Assembly (NCBI GenBank): GCA_902632605.1
Contig: CACPDB010000007.1
Span: 2,418 to 66,417 of the forward strand
Length of the DNA: 64,000 nt
Direction: 5' to 3'
Source: an uncultured SAR86 cluster bacterium
Lineage (GTDB): Bacteria > Pseudomonadota > Gammaproteobacteria > Magnimaribacterales > AG-339-G14
Below are positions 30,128 to 38,776 of the stretch, piece after piece (the stretch's first letter is position 1; each line of letters opens with the position of its first letter). The notes below the pieces were generated by a model. The model did not search any database and was not told the DNA's origin. It saw nothing but the letters and a program-made list of their open reading frames with translations. A program made the translations under genes and the position numbers.

Positions 30128-31636
30128 TTACTTTGCTTCGATTACTTTTTCCAGCCAGTCTTCGTAGTTTAAAAAAGGTTTTATCTTATTAGGATATAGT
30201 TTATTCAACTCATCGAAAGTTTTACCCAGGCCACATGAATGTTCGCCGTTCTCAATGCTTGGAAATCTTTTCAAAGCTTCTTTAAAAGAACTTATAGACA
30301 TCCAATAAAAATGGGAAAATTTTGATAAATCTACTATGTCTTTTTCAGGAACTAATTTATAAGTTGCAATTAGTTTTTTATCTTTAGGTTCTGAATCAAT
30401 ATGAGAAACCAAAAACCAATTTACCTTTTTCAGGAACGATTCAGGTTTGGAATGTTCTTCTCCTAAGCTATCTGAAGTCCCATTCACCCATATTCCTTTC
30501 CTAGCTAATTTAATCCAATTTTCTATACCACTTGTCCAAATGACATTGGACAAATCGATTACTGTGTCAGTTTCTATTGAGCTTGCTCTAGATATGTACA
30601 AACCTGAATTTTTTATCTCCTCTATTTCTTTTATCCCATCATTGATCATTGATCGAGAGAATAATTTGAAATCCTTTTTTAATTTTGGGTAGAAATCTTT
30701 TATGGGATTTTCAAGTTTAGAAAATTCTTTTTTGAAAGGCAAAAATGACCTTTTATCAATGATTTCATTATCTGGCGTTAAGCCTTTCTCAGTGGTGATT
30801 TTTCCGAGGGGGTGATTTTCTATACTGACGCCAATTTTTTGATGGCAGCCTCCACCGTATTTTTTAAGTTTTTCTCTCTCCTCTTCTACAATTTTAAAAA
30901 CATCTAAGTCATTGATTTCATTGAGTAATTCAATAACTCCTTTATTACCTGACTTTACTTCAATGGCCAGAGCTCCTTGACCTGGTGCACAGGGATTTTG
31001 CGAACAGGGAATCACCATCCATAAAAATTTTTCTAAGTTTTTTTTAAATGAATCTAATTCGTTCGTCATCCCTTCTCTAGGAGATAGCAATCTATCTAGA
31101 GCTGCTTTTGCTATTACCAAACCATCCGCGTTTGAATTTTCAAGTTTTTGAACTCTGGTAAGAATATTTCCTCTTGTATCGCTAAAGTTAAGAGAGTCTA
31201 GTTCGAAAGGAATTGCTTTTCTTAAAAACTTAGAAAGATTTTCTTGTCTTCGTGGAGAAGAAGTAAATATTTCTAATTTTTTCTTTTTGAAGGAACTCTT
31301 CTTAAAAATCAAAACATCTCTTGAATCTGCTCTTTTTATGGTTGCGGCAATTTCTGTCCCCTCTTCAAGATCAACTGGAAGGTCTTTCCAAGAGTGAACT
31401 GCAATATCTGCCTTTTCAGTTAATAATTCTTCTCGGATGTCTGAGGTAAAAACTCCCATTTCAGGCATTTTGTGCAGGGGTGTAGTCAAATCTAAATCGC
31501 CTGAAGTATCTTTAGTTTTAAAATTTATTTTTATTTCAGGAAATTTTTTTTTAATTGCCTCAGAGACTTCTTGTGCTTGTATTTTTGCCAATACACTTTT
31601 TCTTGAAATTATAGTTAACTTATCCATTATAACCAA
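30128..31636 (-). CDS. hemC: hydroxymethylbilane synthase (HemC) with a ~190-aa C-terminal extension, possibly a fused uroporphyrinogen-III synthase (HemD)
   Basis: Residues 1 to about 300 carry HemC motifs (ADIAVHSWKDLP, SSPRR, RGN..TR, APGQGALAIE, cofactor Cys in GGGCHQKIG). The remaining ~190 aa have no HemC counterpart. The listed start is TTG at 31636; an ATG lies 9 nt in, at 31627. Confidence 0.85.
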   Translation of the reverse strand: MVIMDKLTIISRKSVLAKIQAQEVSEAIKKKFPEIKINFKTKDTSGDLDLTTPLHKMPEMGVFTSDIREELLTEKADIAVHSWKDLPVDLEEGTEIAATIKRADSRDVLIFKKSSFKKKKLEIFTSSPRRQENLSKFLRKAIPFELDSLNFSDTRGNILTRVQKLENSNADGLVIAKAALDRLLSPREGMTNELDSFKKNLEKFLWMVIPCSQNPCAPGQGALAIEVKSGNKGVIELLNEINDLDVFKIVEEEREKLKKYGGGCHQKIGVSIENHPLGKITTEKGLTPDNEIIDKRSFLPFKKEFSKLENPIKDFYPKLKKDFKLFSRSMINDGIKEIEEIKNSGLYISRASSIETDTVIDLSNVIWTSGIENWIKLARKGIWVNGTSDSLGEEHSKPESFLKKVNWFLVSHIDSEPKDKKLIATYKLVPEKDIVDLSKFSHFYWMSISSFKEALKRFPSIENGEHSCGLGKTFDELNKLYPNKIKPFLNYEDWLEKVIEAK

Positions 31637-31737
31637 TCCTTATAAACAACTATATTATTATAATACTAATAGCCTTTAATATTTAGTTTGCTTGTTTTTA
31701 GGTCTATAGTAATGGTCAATTCCTTAATGGAGATGAA

Positions 31738-32988
31738 ATGAATTATAAAAAATATTTTTCAGATGAACTGACTTCCTTGAAATCTCAAGGTCTTTATAGA
31801 AGATTTAGAGAAATAAATAGGGATAAAAAGCACTTTCCAAGAGCTACGGAAAGGTTTGAAGGTTCCGAAAGGCCTGTTGAAGTATGGTGTAGCAACGATT
31901 ATCTTAATTTAAGTCAGCATCCAGAGGTTATTAAGAAATCCGTTGAAGTTATTGAAGAATTAGGAACTGGTTCAGGAGGTACTAGAAACATTTCAGGAAC
32001 TTCCTCATATCATGCAGATCTTGAAAGAGAATTAGCAAGTTTACACAACAAAGAATCCAGCCTTATATTTCCCTCTGCCTACACTGCCAATCAATCAACT
32101 TTGTGGACTTTGTGCAAAAAGTTAGAGGGTATAGAAGTATTTTCAGATGAACTCAACCATGCGTCTATGATTCAAGGAATAAAAAATGCAAATGTTCCAT
32201 GTCACATATTCCGTCATAATGATGTTGGTCATTTGAGAAAGCTTTTGAATACGTCTAATGCGAGTGTCCCAAAACTGATAGTTCTAGAGTCACTCTATTC
32301 TATGGAAGGCCTTAGATCGCCACTCAAACAGATTGTTTCTTTAGCAAAAGAATTTAATGCTTTGACTTATCTCGATGAAGTTCACTCAGTAGGACTGTAC
32401 GGTTCAGAAGGTAGAGGTATAGCAAATGAACAAAATATTTCGGATGAAATTGACATCATAAACGGAACTCTCTCAAAAGCTTTTGGGCAAATGGGTGGTT
32501 ATGTAGCTGCTAGCTCTGACATTATTGATTTCATTAGAAGCTTTGCACCCGGTTTTATTTTTACATCTTCTGCAAATCCAAGTATCGCAGCTGCATCAAT
32601 CAAAGCTATAGAAATTGCTAAGAAATCTGAACATCTAAGAGAAGAGATTAGAAAAAATTCTGATCTCATTAGAACTGGATTGAGAGATTTAGAAATTCCA
32701 CATTTAGATAATGATAGTCACATTATTCCTATACATCTTGAAGACCCAAGACTCTGCAAGGATGCTGCTAATCTTCTCATTGAAGAACATGGAATATATA
32801 TTCAGCCTGTCTTCTTCCCTACAGTTCCTAAAGGCGACGAAAGATTTAGAGTTACCATCACTCCAAAGCACCAAGCTGAAGATATCAAAAGATTTCTTTC
32901 TTCGTTGAATCAAGTTTGGGATAAATTAAGATTAAGACGAGAAAGCTATGCTTTCAGTCAAAAATCTCAAGTTACTAAAATTTACTAG
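31738..32988 (+). CDS. hemA: 5-aminolevulinate synthase (ALAS, Shemin/C4 pathway; not glutamyl-tRNA reductase)
   Basis: 416 aa, collinear with alphaproteobacterial ALAS as I recall it: YRRF.EI.R....FP.A, VWCSNDYLNLSQHP, GTGSGGTRNISGT, LNHASMI.GI, ESLYSMEG, DEVHSVGLYG, the PLP-lysine motif INGTLSKAFG, and YIQP..FPTVP.G.ER.R.T. Confidence 0.92.
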   Translation: MNYKKYFSDELTSLKSQGLYRRFREINRDKKHFPRATERFEGSERPVEVWCSNDYLNLSQHPEVIKKSVEVIEELGTGSGGTRNISGTSSYHADLERELASLHNKESSLIFPSAYTANQSTLWTLCKKLEGIEVFSDELNHASMIQGIKNANVPCHIFRHNDVGHLRKLLNTSNASVPKLIVLESLYSMEGLRSPLKQIVSLAKEFNALTYLDEVHSVGLYGSEGRGIANEQNISDEIDIINGTLSKAFGQMGGYVAASSDIIDFIRSFAPGFIFTSSANPSIAAASIKAIEIAKKSEHLREEIRKNSDLIRTGLRDLEIPHLDNDSHIIPIHLEDPRLCKDAANLLIEEHGIYIQPVFFPTVPKGDERFRVTITPKHQAEDIKRFLSSLNQVWDKLRLRRESYAFSQKSQVTKIY

Positions 32989-32997
32989 TTTAAAAGC

Positions 32998-33030
32998 GAA
33001 ATCCCGCTGTTAAGCGGGATTTCTTCTCTC
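32998..33030. terminator. bidirectional Rho-independent terminator between ALAS and the convergent TonB-dependent receptor
   Basis: Perfect 11-bp stem GAAATCCCGCT (32998-33008) / AGCGGGATTTC (33013-33023) with loop GTTA. Followed by a TTCTTCTCTC tract on the plus strand and flanked by TTTTA on the other side. Confidence 0.72.
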
Positions 33031-33149
33031 CAAAAACTTTAATGAAAAATCAGGGGGGAGATCTTTAAGAGATTTGCCATGAGATGAAATGAAAAGGCTA
33101 CTCTAAAAATCTTCTATATTTCCATTAACGTTTTTTACCTCTCCTAAAA

Positions 33150-35255
33150 TTAAAAACTTCTAGAATAGGATATTCTTACATTCTGAGACTCTCCTACAGA
33201 AACTTGATGATTTGAGTGAGAATGTGGATAGTAAGTCTCATCACCTAGATTTTCTATATTGATTCTCACAGAATCATTTTCAGTTGGAGTTATGCTCATA
33301 GCCATGTCGAATCTTGTGTAATCCGGCAAGAAAGGTCCAGAAGCAGAGTTTATAACTGACTCATCTTGATAAGTTGCTCCCAAGCTAATTGAGAACATAT
33401 CATTAGCCTGGTGTGTGTACCATAAAGAATAAGTTAAATCTGGAACTTCTTTTGCCTTATCTCCAGAAGTATTCCTAACAGCGTCAACTGATGCTAAACC
33501 AAACCTAATTGCATTTCTTTCATCAATATCGCCGTTTAAAGTGATTTCAAAACCGTCTATAGCAAGAGCTCTAGTTTCAGTTCCTCCTGTTCCGTCTTCT
33601 GCAGCCTTAGTTTGTTCCATGTCGAAATAACTTAATGCCAGAGAAAGTCCTGAGTCAGTATCGTATTTGAAACCAACTTCCGTATTTTCAAAAACATCTG
33701 GATCAAATCTTTCACCACTTGTTCCGAAGGTTTTATATTGTTCACCGGAACGTGGGATAAAGCTTTCGCTGTAGCTCAAGTAAAGAGACATATTATCCTG
33801 AGGTTTGTAAATGACACCAAAGCGTGGAGATATAGTTGAGTCATCTCTGCTTTTAGTTACGTCAGTTCCATTTACAGCACCTTTTCCTTGGTTAGCGCCT
33901 GATGAAGGTGTAGTTATTCCGTATTGTTTAATACTGATACTCACATCATCGTATCTAGCTCCTAAAATCATTTTCCATTGATCTGAAAGATCTATGTTTC
34001 CTGTTAGGTATAAAGAAGTTACTTCGATGTCTGTATCTGATTTATTATTTAAATCAGAAGTGTAGTCGACGTAAGTTAGATTTCCATCAGCATCAACATT
34101 AAAGTTTAATGGTCTTGGAGTGCTTGATGTTAAAGCAAATGTTTCATTATCGTCTTTAGTAGTGGACCAGAATGTGTTGTAACGGAAATTATTATTTTCT
34201 GTATCTAGAATGTCTATACCTACTGCTAGAGTACCTCTATCAAATTCGTTCACATTGCTCAAGGATATGGATAATGTTTCCCTTAAAGTAACATCTGCAT
34301 AACCATCTAAAGTAACAATTCCAGAAGCATAGTCAGATGCATATAAATTTTTATACATTTTATTGAAATCATTAGCTGTAATACTAAAGTTAAGCTTTCC
34401 ACTATCTGAGTAATTATGGACTAGATTTCCCTTAAGAATATTTGCTTCTAAAGTGGTTTTGTTCAAATCAGAAGTACCAATTACAAATTTATTAAGTGAG
34501 TCTATTGGAAAGTTGGTTCCTCCTGAGACATCGTCCGTAGGAATACCTCTATCAATAAATCTTTCATGATCTGCATATTCGTATGATAAATCCAAAGTTG
34601 TACTTGGATCTATTTCAAATCTCATAGTAGGGTTAACACCAACTCTGTCCCCATCAAACATATCTCTATGGTTTGCTAGAGAGTCAGCATGAAAGTTTAT
34701 ACGGAATGCGATGGTATCAGAAACCTGTATGTTTCCATCAAGAGACACATCAGCGCCACCAAAACTATCAACTCCTGATTCTAAACCTCCAAAAGTTTCA
34801 CCAATTTTAGCGGTTTTTGAAACTCTGTTGATTAAGCCACCTGTTCCTCCACGACCAAATAGCAGAGCGTTTGCACCCTTGAGAATTTCTACCTGTTCAA
34901 CATTGTATAGAGATCTGTAGTATTGAACATCGTCTCTAACTCCATCTTGATAAAAGTCTGCTGTAGACCTCACCCCTCTAAAAACCACTGCATCTCTGTG
35001 ACCTTCACCTTGAGAAGTGTTAACACCAGGTGTGTATCTAATAAGGTCTCCTATTTGTCTGAAACCTTGGTTTCTGATGTCTTCGACTGTAATTATTGAT
35101 ACTGACTGAGGAACATCCAAAACAGGCATAGGAGGCTGAAGAGAATTAACTTGATCTTTCTGAAGGACGTTGCCTTTTACTTCAAGCTCTTCGTCTTGTG
35201 CGAAAATTGCAGAAGTAGAAACAACTAATGCAATTAAATAAATAAATTTTTTCAT
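33150..35255 (-). CDS. TonB-dependent outer-membrane receptor (siderophore/iron type)
   Basis: 701 aa. Signal peptide, plug-domain motifs (FRGVRSTADFYQDGVRDD, VEILKGANALLFGRGGTGGLIN), C-terminal beta-barrel ending ..RISYSRSF. Tandem Fur boxes directly upstream. Confidence 0.9.
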   Translation of the reverse strand: MKKFIYLIALVVSTSAIFAQDEELEVKGNVLQKDQVNSLQPPMPVLDVPQSVSIITVEDIRNQGFRQIGDLIRYTPGVNTSQGEGHRDAVVFRGVRSTADFYQDGVRDDVQYYRSLYNVEQVEILKGANALLFGRGGTGGLINRVSKTAKIGETFGGLESGVDSFGGADVSLDGNIQVSDTIAFRINFHADSLANHRDMFDGDRVGVNPTMRFEIDPSTTLDLSYEYADHERFIDRGIPTDDVSGGTNFPIDSLNKFVIGTSDLNKTTLEANILKGNLVHNYSDSGKLNFSITANDFNKMYKNLYASDYASGIVTLDGYADVTLRETLSISLSNVNEFDRGTLAVGIDILDTENNNFRYNTFWSTTKDDNETFALTSSTPRPLNFNVDADGNLTYVDYTSDLNNKSDTDIEVTSLYLTGNIDLSDQWKMILGARYDDVSISIKQYGITTPSSGANQGKGAVNGTDVTKSRDDSTISPRFGVIYKPQDNMSLYLSYSESFIPRSGEQYKTFGTSGERFDPDVFENTEVGFKYDTDSGLSLALSYFDMEQTKAAEDGTGGTETRALAIDGFEITLNGDIDERNAIRFGLASVDAVRNTSGDKAKEVPDLTYSLWYTHQANDMFSISLGATYQDESVINSASGPFLPDYTRFDMAMSITPTENDSVRINIENLGDETYYPHSHSNHQVSVGESQNVRISYSRSF

Positions 35256-35291
35256 AACGAAATGATCTCCATTTAATAAGATTTAAAACGG

Positions 35292-35310
35292 AATGATAAT
35301 GATTATCATT
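35292..35310. promoter_or_regulatory. Fur box 1 (perfect 19-bp palindrome)
   Basis: AATGATAAT-G-ATTATCATT, 37-55 nt upstream of the receptor ATG at 35255. Confidence 0.82.
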
Positions 35311-35319
35311 TGCAAAGTC

Positions 35320-35338
35320 AATGAGAATGATTATTATT
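35320..35338. promoter_or_regulatory. Fur box 2 (tandem copy)
   Basis: AATGAGAATGATTATTATT is identical to box 1 at 17 of 19 positions and lies 9 nt from it. Confidence 0.6.
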
Positions 35339-35360
35339 TATATTAATTTATAGCTTATAA

Positions 35361-36026
35361 CTAAATTGTTAAATTTAGGATTTTTCCTTGCTCCAACTTA
35401 ATGATTTTGTCGCAAATGTCCTTAGCTTCTTCCATTTCATGAGTAACTATGATGCTGGAAGTATTTGTTTTTTTGAATAAAATTTTGGTTTCTCTTCTCA
35501 GTTCCTCTCTTAAATCCTTATCTAAAGAGCTGAATGGCTCGTCTAATAGAACTAAATCTGGTTCTGGTGCCAATGCCCTAGCAATTGCGACTCTCTGTTG
35601 TTGTCCTCCCGATAGAGAGTTTGGATAAGAATCAGCAAATTTTTCTGCCTTTAATAATTTTAAAAAATTTTGGGCTTTTATATTTTTTTCTCGATTTGAA
35701 CCTTTGATTCCAAACTTCACGTTCTCGAGGGAGCTCAAATGTGGAAATAATGCTTTTTCTTGAACTACTAATCCAATTCCTCTTTGATTAGGAGGCACAA
35801 AAATCTTATTTGAACTTAAAATAGAATCATAATAGGAAATCTCTCCAGTTTTTGGCTTTTCTAGACCAGTTATTAATCTCAATAACGTGCTTTTACCTAA
35901 TCCCGACGGACCTAAAATACCAAGTATCTCTCCTTTATTAAGACTGAAAGAGATATTTGAAAAAATTTCTATATTTTTTTCGTATTCAAAAGATAAAGAT
36001 CTAACAGATAATATTTCTTTTTTCAT
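35361..36026 (-). CDS. fbpC: Fe3+ ABC importer ATP-binding protein (NBD only, no C-terminal regulatory domain)
   Basis: Walker A GPSGLGKST, signature LSGGQQQRVAIARAL, Walker B LLLDEPFS. 221 aa. Overlaps the permease gene by 4 nt. Confidence 0.82.
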   Translation of the reverse strand: MKKEILSVRSLSFEYEKNIEIFSNISFSLNKGEILGILGPSGLGKSTLLRLITGLEKPKTGEISYYDSILSSNKIFVPPNQRGIGLVVQEKALFPHLSSLENVKFGIKGSNREKNIKAQNFLKLLKAEKFADSYPNSLSGGQQQRVAIARALAPEPDLVLLDEPFSSLDKDLREELRRETKILFKKTNTSSIIVTHEMEEAKDICDKIIKLEQGKILNLTI

Positions 36027-37651
36027 TTCGTTCCAGGCCTTGAATATCTTATTGTTTTAGAAAGAAAAAATATTGGTACTAAACCGATTAAAACTATCAT
36101 CATCGCAGGACTTGCAGCCTCATACATTCTTTCTTCAGCGGCATAAACGTAAGTTATAACCGCCAAAGTGTCAAAGTTAAAAGGTCTAAGTATTAAGGTG
36201 GCAGGTAACTCTTTAATTACCTCAGAAACAACAAGAATTAAGCTGGTAAGGATGCTAGTTTTCATCAGCGGCATATGTACTTTAAAAAAAATTTCAAATT
36301 TAGATTTACTTAGTGTAAGCGAAACATCATCAATTGAGCTTGATAACCTGCTAAATCCAGACTCAATAGTATTATTTGCCAAAGCATAAGATTTAATCAT
36401 GTATGCCAAAATTAAACCTAAAACAGACCCTACAAGAAAAACATCGAGAAAATGTTTTAAAAAGTTATTGTCTAAAAAAGCAAAAAATTCAATTATTCCC
36501 ACAGCTAAGACAAGTCCAGGCAATGCATAGCCAAGCGATAAGAATTGACTACTGGTCTTTAGAAGATAGCTCTTATCAAATCTTTTTAAGAAATTTATGT
36601 AAAAAGCAAAAAAAGTACAAAAAATCGCTGCGAGTATTCCTAGAAAAATAGTATTAAGAAAACTATTCAGAATATTTTTAGATAAGAAATTTTCTGACGG
36701 AAAAAAAAGTGCCCAATTAGTAAGCTCAATAATTGGTAAGACAAATCCAATTAGCAGAGGTATTAAACAAAATAAAAAAGCAAAAACATTTTTTAAACCT
36801 GTAAGCTTTGTTTTCTTGGTTTTTTTGAATGTTGAGCTTGAGTAAGAAAATGACATTTTAGTTCTTTCATGCCTTTCTAAAAAAATAAAAAAAGTTACAA
36901 AAATTAACAACATACTAGAAAGTTGCATTGCTGTGTTTAGGTCATACATCCCAAACCAAGTTCTAAATATTCCAGTGGTGAACGTTTGAACCGCAAAATG
37001 TTCAACAGCTCCAAAATCAGATAATGTTTCCATGATGACTAAAGCTAAACCAGCAATAATGGCAGGTCTCACCATGGGTATAGCCAATTTAAAGAACAAA
37101 GACTGATTATTCAATCCAAGAAGTTTTCCAGCTTCCATTAGACTTCTAGATTGGTTAAGAAATGCCATTCTTGTCGTTAAGTAAACATATGGATAAAGAG
37201 TAAAAGAAAAAACAACAATCGCGCCATATATATTCCTTACGTTTGGAAAAATAACAAAGTTATTTTCCAAATTGAAGATTATCCTTATCAACTCGTTTGC
37301 GGATCCATAGGAGTCAAAAAGTCCAGTAAATGTATAAGCTAAAATGTAGGGCGGAACTGCAAGAGGTAAGATTATGGCCCATTCAAACCAACCTCTTAAA
37401 GAAAAATCATAATTAGTTATAAACCAAGCTGTTCCGACCCCTAAGATTAAAGATAAGGCAGAAACACCTAAGACTAAGTATATGGAATTGAAAACATAAT
37501 TTGGAAGAACGTAATTTATTAAATGATTCCAGTTATCTCCAAATTCTCCAAATAAACTTAACAAGACAAAACCTAAGGGCGCTAAAAAGATTAATAAAAG
37601 AACAGCAGGAACCGATTTCCAAAATATGCTCAAAGGATAACCTTTTATCAT
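36023..37651 (-). CDS. fbpB: Fe3+ ABC importer permease (duplicated BPD-transporter domains)
   Basis: 542 aa with about 12 TM segments in two repeats, the typical FbpB/HitB/AfuB architecture. Lies between the SBP and ATPase genes. Confidence 0.82.
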   Translation of the reverse strand: MIKGYPLSIFWKSVPAVLLLIFLAPLGFVLLSLFGEFGDNWNHLINYVLPNYVFNSIYLVLGVSALSLILGVGTAWFITNYDFSLRGWFEWAIILPLAVPPYILAYTFTGLFDSYGSANELIRIIFNLENNFVIFPNVRNIYGAIVVFSFTLYPYVYLTTRMAFLNQSRSLMEAGKLLGLNNQSLFFKLAIPMVRPAIIAGLALVIMETLSDFGAVEHFAVQTFTTGIFRTWFGMYDLNTAMQLSSMLLIFVTFFIFLERHERTKMSFSYSSSTFKKTKKTKLTGLKNVFAFLFCLIPLLIGFVLPIIELTNWALFFPSENFLSKNILNSFLNTIFLGILAAIFCTFFAFYINFLKRFDKSYLLKTSSQFLSLGYALPGLVLAVGIIEFFAFLDNNFLKHFLDVFLVGSVLGLILAYMIKSYALANNTIESGFSRLSSSIDDVSLTLSKSKFEIFFKVHMPLMKTSILTSLILVVSEVIKELPATLILRPFNFDTLAVITYVYAAEERMYEAASPAMMIVLIGLVPIFFLSKTIRYSRPGTK

Positions 37652-37698
37652 CGTGAATGTATTTTGAAGACTTGTATGAAAAATTCAAAAAGAATTTA

Positions 37699-38727
37699 TT
37701 ATTGCCAACCAGCTCTATCCATCAATCTCAGGGCAGCAGAGTTTAGTTTCCCAAACTGAGACACAGCGGTTGAGTCTTCTTTGAAGTCAAGTCCAAACTG
37801 AGATATAAGTTTACTTGGTTGAACTTTGGTATTGATGGGATATTCATAGGTATTCTCTACAAGATGTTTTTGAGCTTCTTCTGAAAGCATGAACTCCAAG
37901 AATTTGATTGCATTATCATAGTTTTTAGAAGTTTTTAAAATCCCGGCACCGCTGATGTTTATATGTGCACCACTTTTATTTTGAGATGGAAAAAGAAGGC
38001 CTACTTTTTTTCCTGCACTTAACTGTTTTTCTCCTTTTTTTCCCGACAACATCAAACCTAGGTAATAAGAATTTGCTATGGCTAAATCTGCCTCATTATT
38101 AGCGACTGCTATAATCTGTGCCCTGTCGTTACCTTGAGGCTTCCTAGAAAAGTTACTAACCAATCCTTTTGCCCAAGTTTCCGTATAGTTTTCTCCATAT
38201 TTTGCGATCATTGAGGCAACTAAAGATTGGTTATAAAGATTATTTGAGCTTCTGATTGCTATTTTATTTTTCCATTGAGGAGAGTTCAGATCTTCATAAT
38301 TCAAATTTTTAAGTTCTTCGTAGGTATATTTTGACTTGTTAAAAAATAAAACCCTTGCTCTCTTTGCTAATGCTGTCCATTCGTTATTTTCTCCTCGAAG
38401 ATTTTTTGGAACAATTTGATCTATTAGTTTTGATTTTATTTTTGTAAACAATCTGTAATCTTGAACTTTCCAAAGATTACCAGCATCCACAGTAATAAAA
38501 ATATCGGCAGGAGAATTTTTTCCTTCAGATCTTATTCTTTCTATAAGGGCTTTACTCTTTCCGGAAATTATATTTACCTCAATACCAGTTAAATTTGTAA
38601 AGCTTTCATATAACTCTACATCGGAATCATAATGCCTTGAGGTATAAATGTTTACTTCAGAGGGGAATACTAAATTTGTAAAAACAGAAAAACAAAAGAA
38701 AAGGATGAAATATTTAATAGTTTTCAT
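37699..38727 (-). CDS. fbpA: Fe3+ ABC importer periplasmic substrate-binding protein
   Basis: Signal peptide followed by EVNIYTSRHYDSD..L...F...TGIEVN......ALIERI..EG.NSPADIF.TVDAGNLW, as in FbpA/AfuA/FutA-type ferric-binding proteins. Confidence 0.82.
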   Translation of the reverse strand: MKTIKYFILFFCFSVFTNLVFPSEVNIYTSRHYDSDVELYESFTNLTGIEVNIISGKSKALIERIRSEGKNSPADIFITVDAGNLWKVQDYRLFTKIKSKLIDQIVPKNLRGENNEWTALAKRARVLFFNKSKYTYEELKNLNYEDLNSPQWKNKIAIRSSNNLYNQSLVASMIAKYGENYTETWAKGLVSNFSRKPQGNDRAQIIAVANNEADLAIANSYYLGLMLSGKKGEKQLSAGKKVGLLFPSQNKSGAHINISGAGILKTSKNYDNAIKFLEFMLSEEAQKHLVENTYEYPINTKVQPSKLISQFGLDFKEDSTAVSQFGKLNSAALRLMDRAGWQ

Positions 38728-38757
38728 ATCTAAAATTTAGGGAAATCGTATTATCTA

Positions 38758-38776
38758 AATGATAACCATTCTCATT
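38758..38776. promoter_or_regulatory. Fur box upstream of fbpA, in the spacer shared with the large TonB-dependent receptor
   Basis: AATGATAACCATTCTCATT matches box 1 at 16 of 19 positions. It lies 31 nt upstream of the fbpA ATG (38727) and 121 nt upstream of the ATG at 38897. Confidence 0.65.

Noticed and set aside
31637-31737. Possible Fur box (TATTATTATAATACTAATA) in the ALAS / hemC divergent spacer
   Set aside because: It matches the 19-bp consensus at only about 12 of 19 positions, which is expected by chance in AT-rich DNA. I therefore cannot claim the haem genes themselves are Fur-regulated. I also saw no Irr ICE-like motif (TTTAGAA-N3-TTCTAAA).
33031-33149. Non-coding ~120 nt downstream of the 701-aa receptor as a possible sRNA or riboswitch
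   Set aside because: I could find no conserved structure, promoter-like hexamers or ORF beyond a tiny ATG..TAA. It is most simply the receptor 3' UTR leading to the shared terminator.
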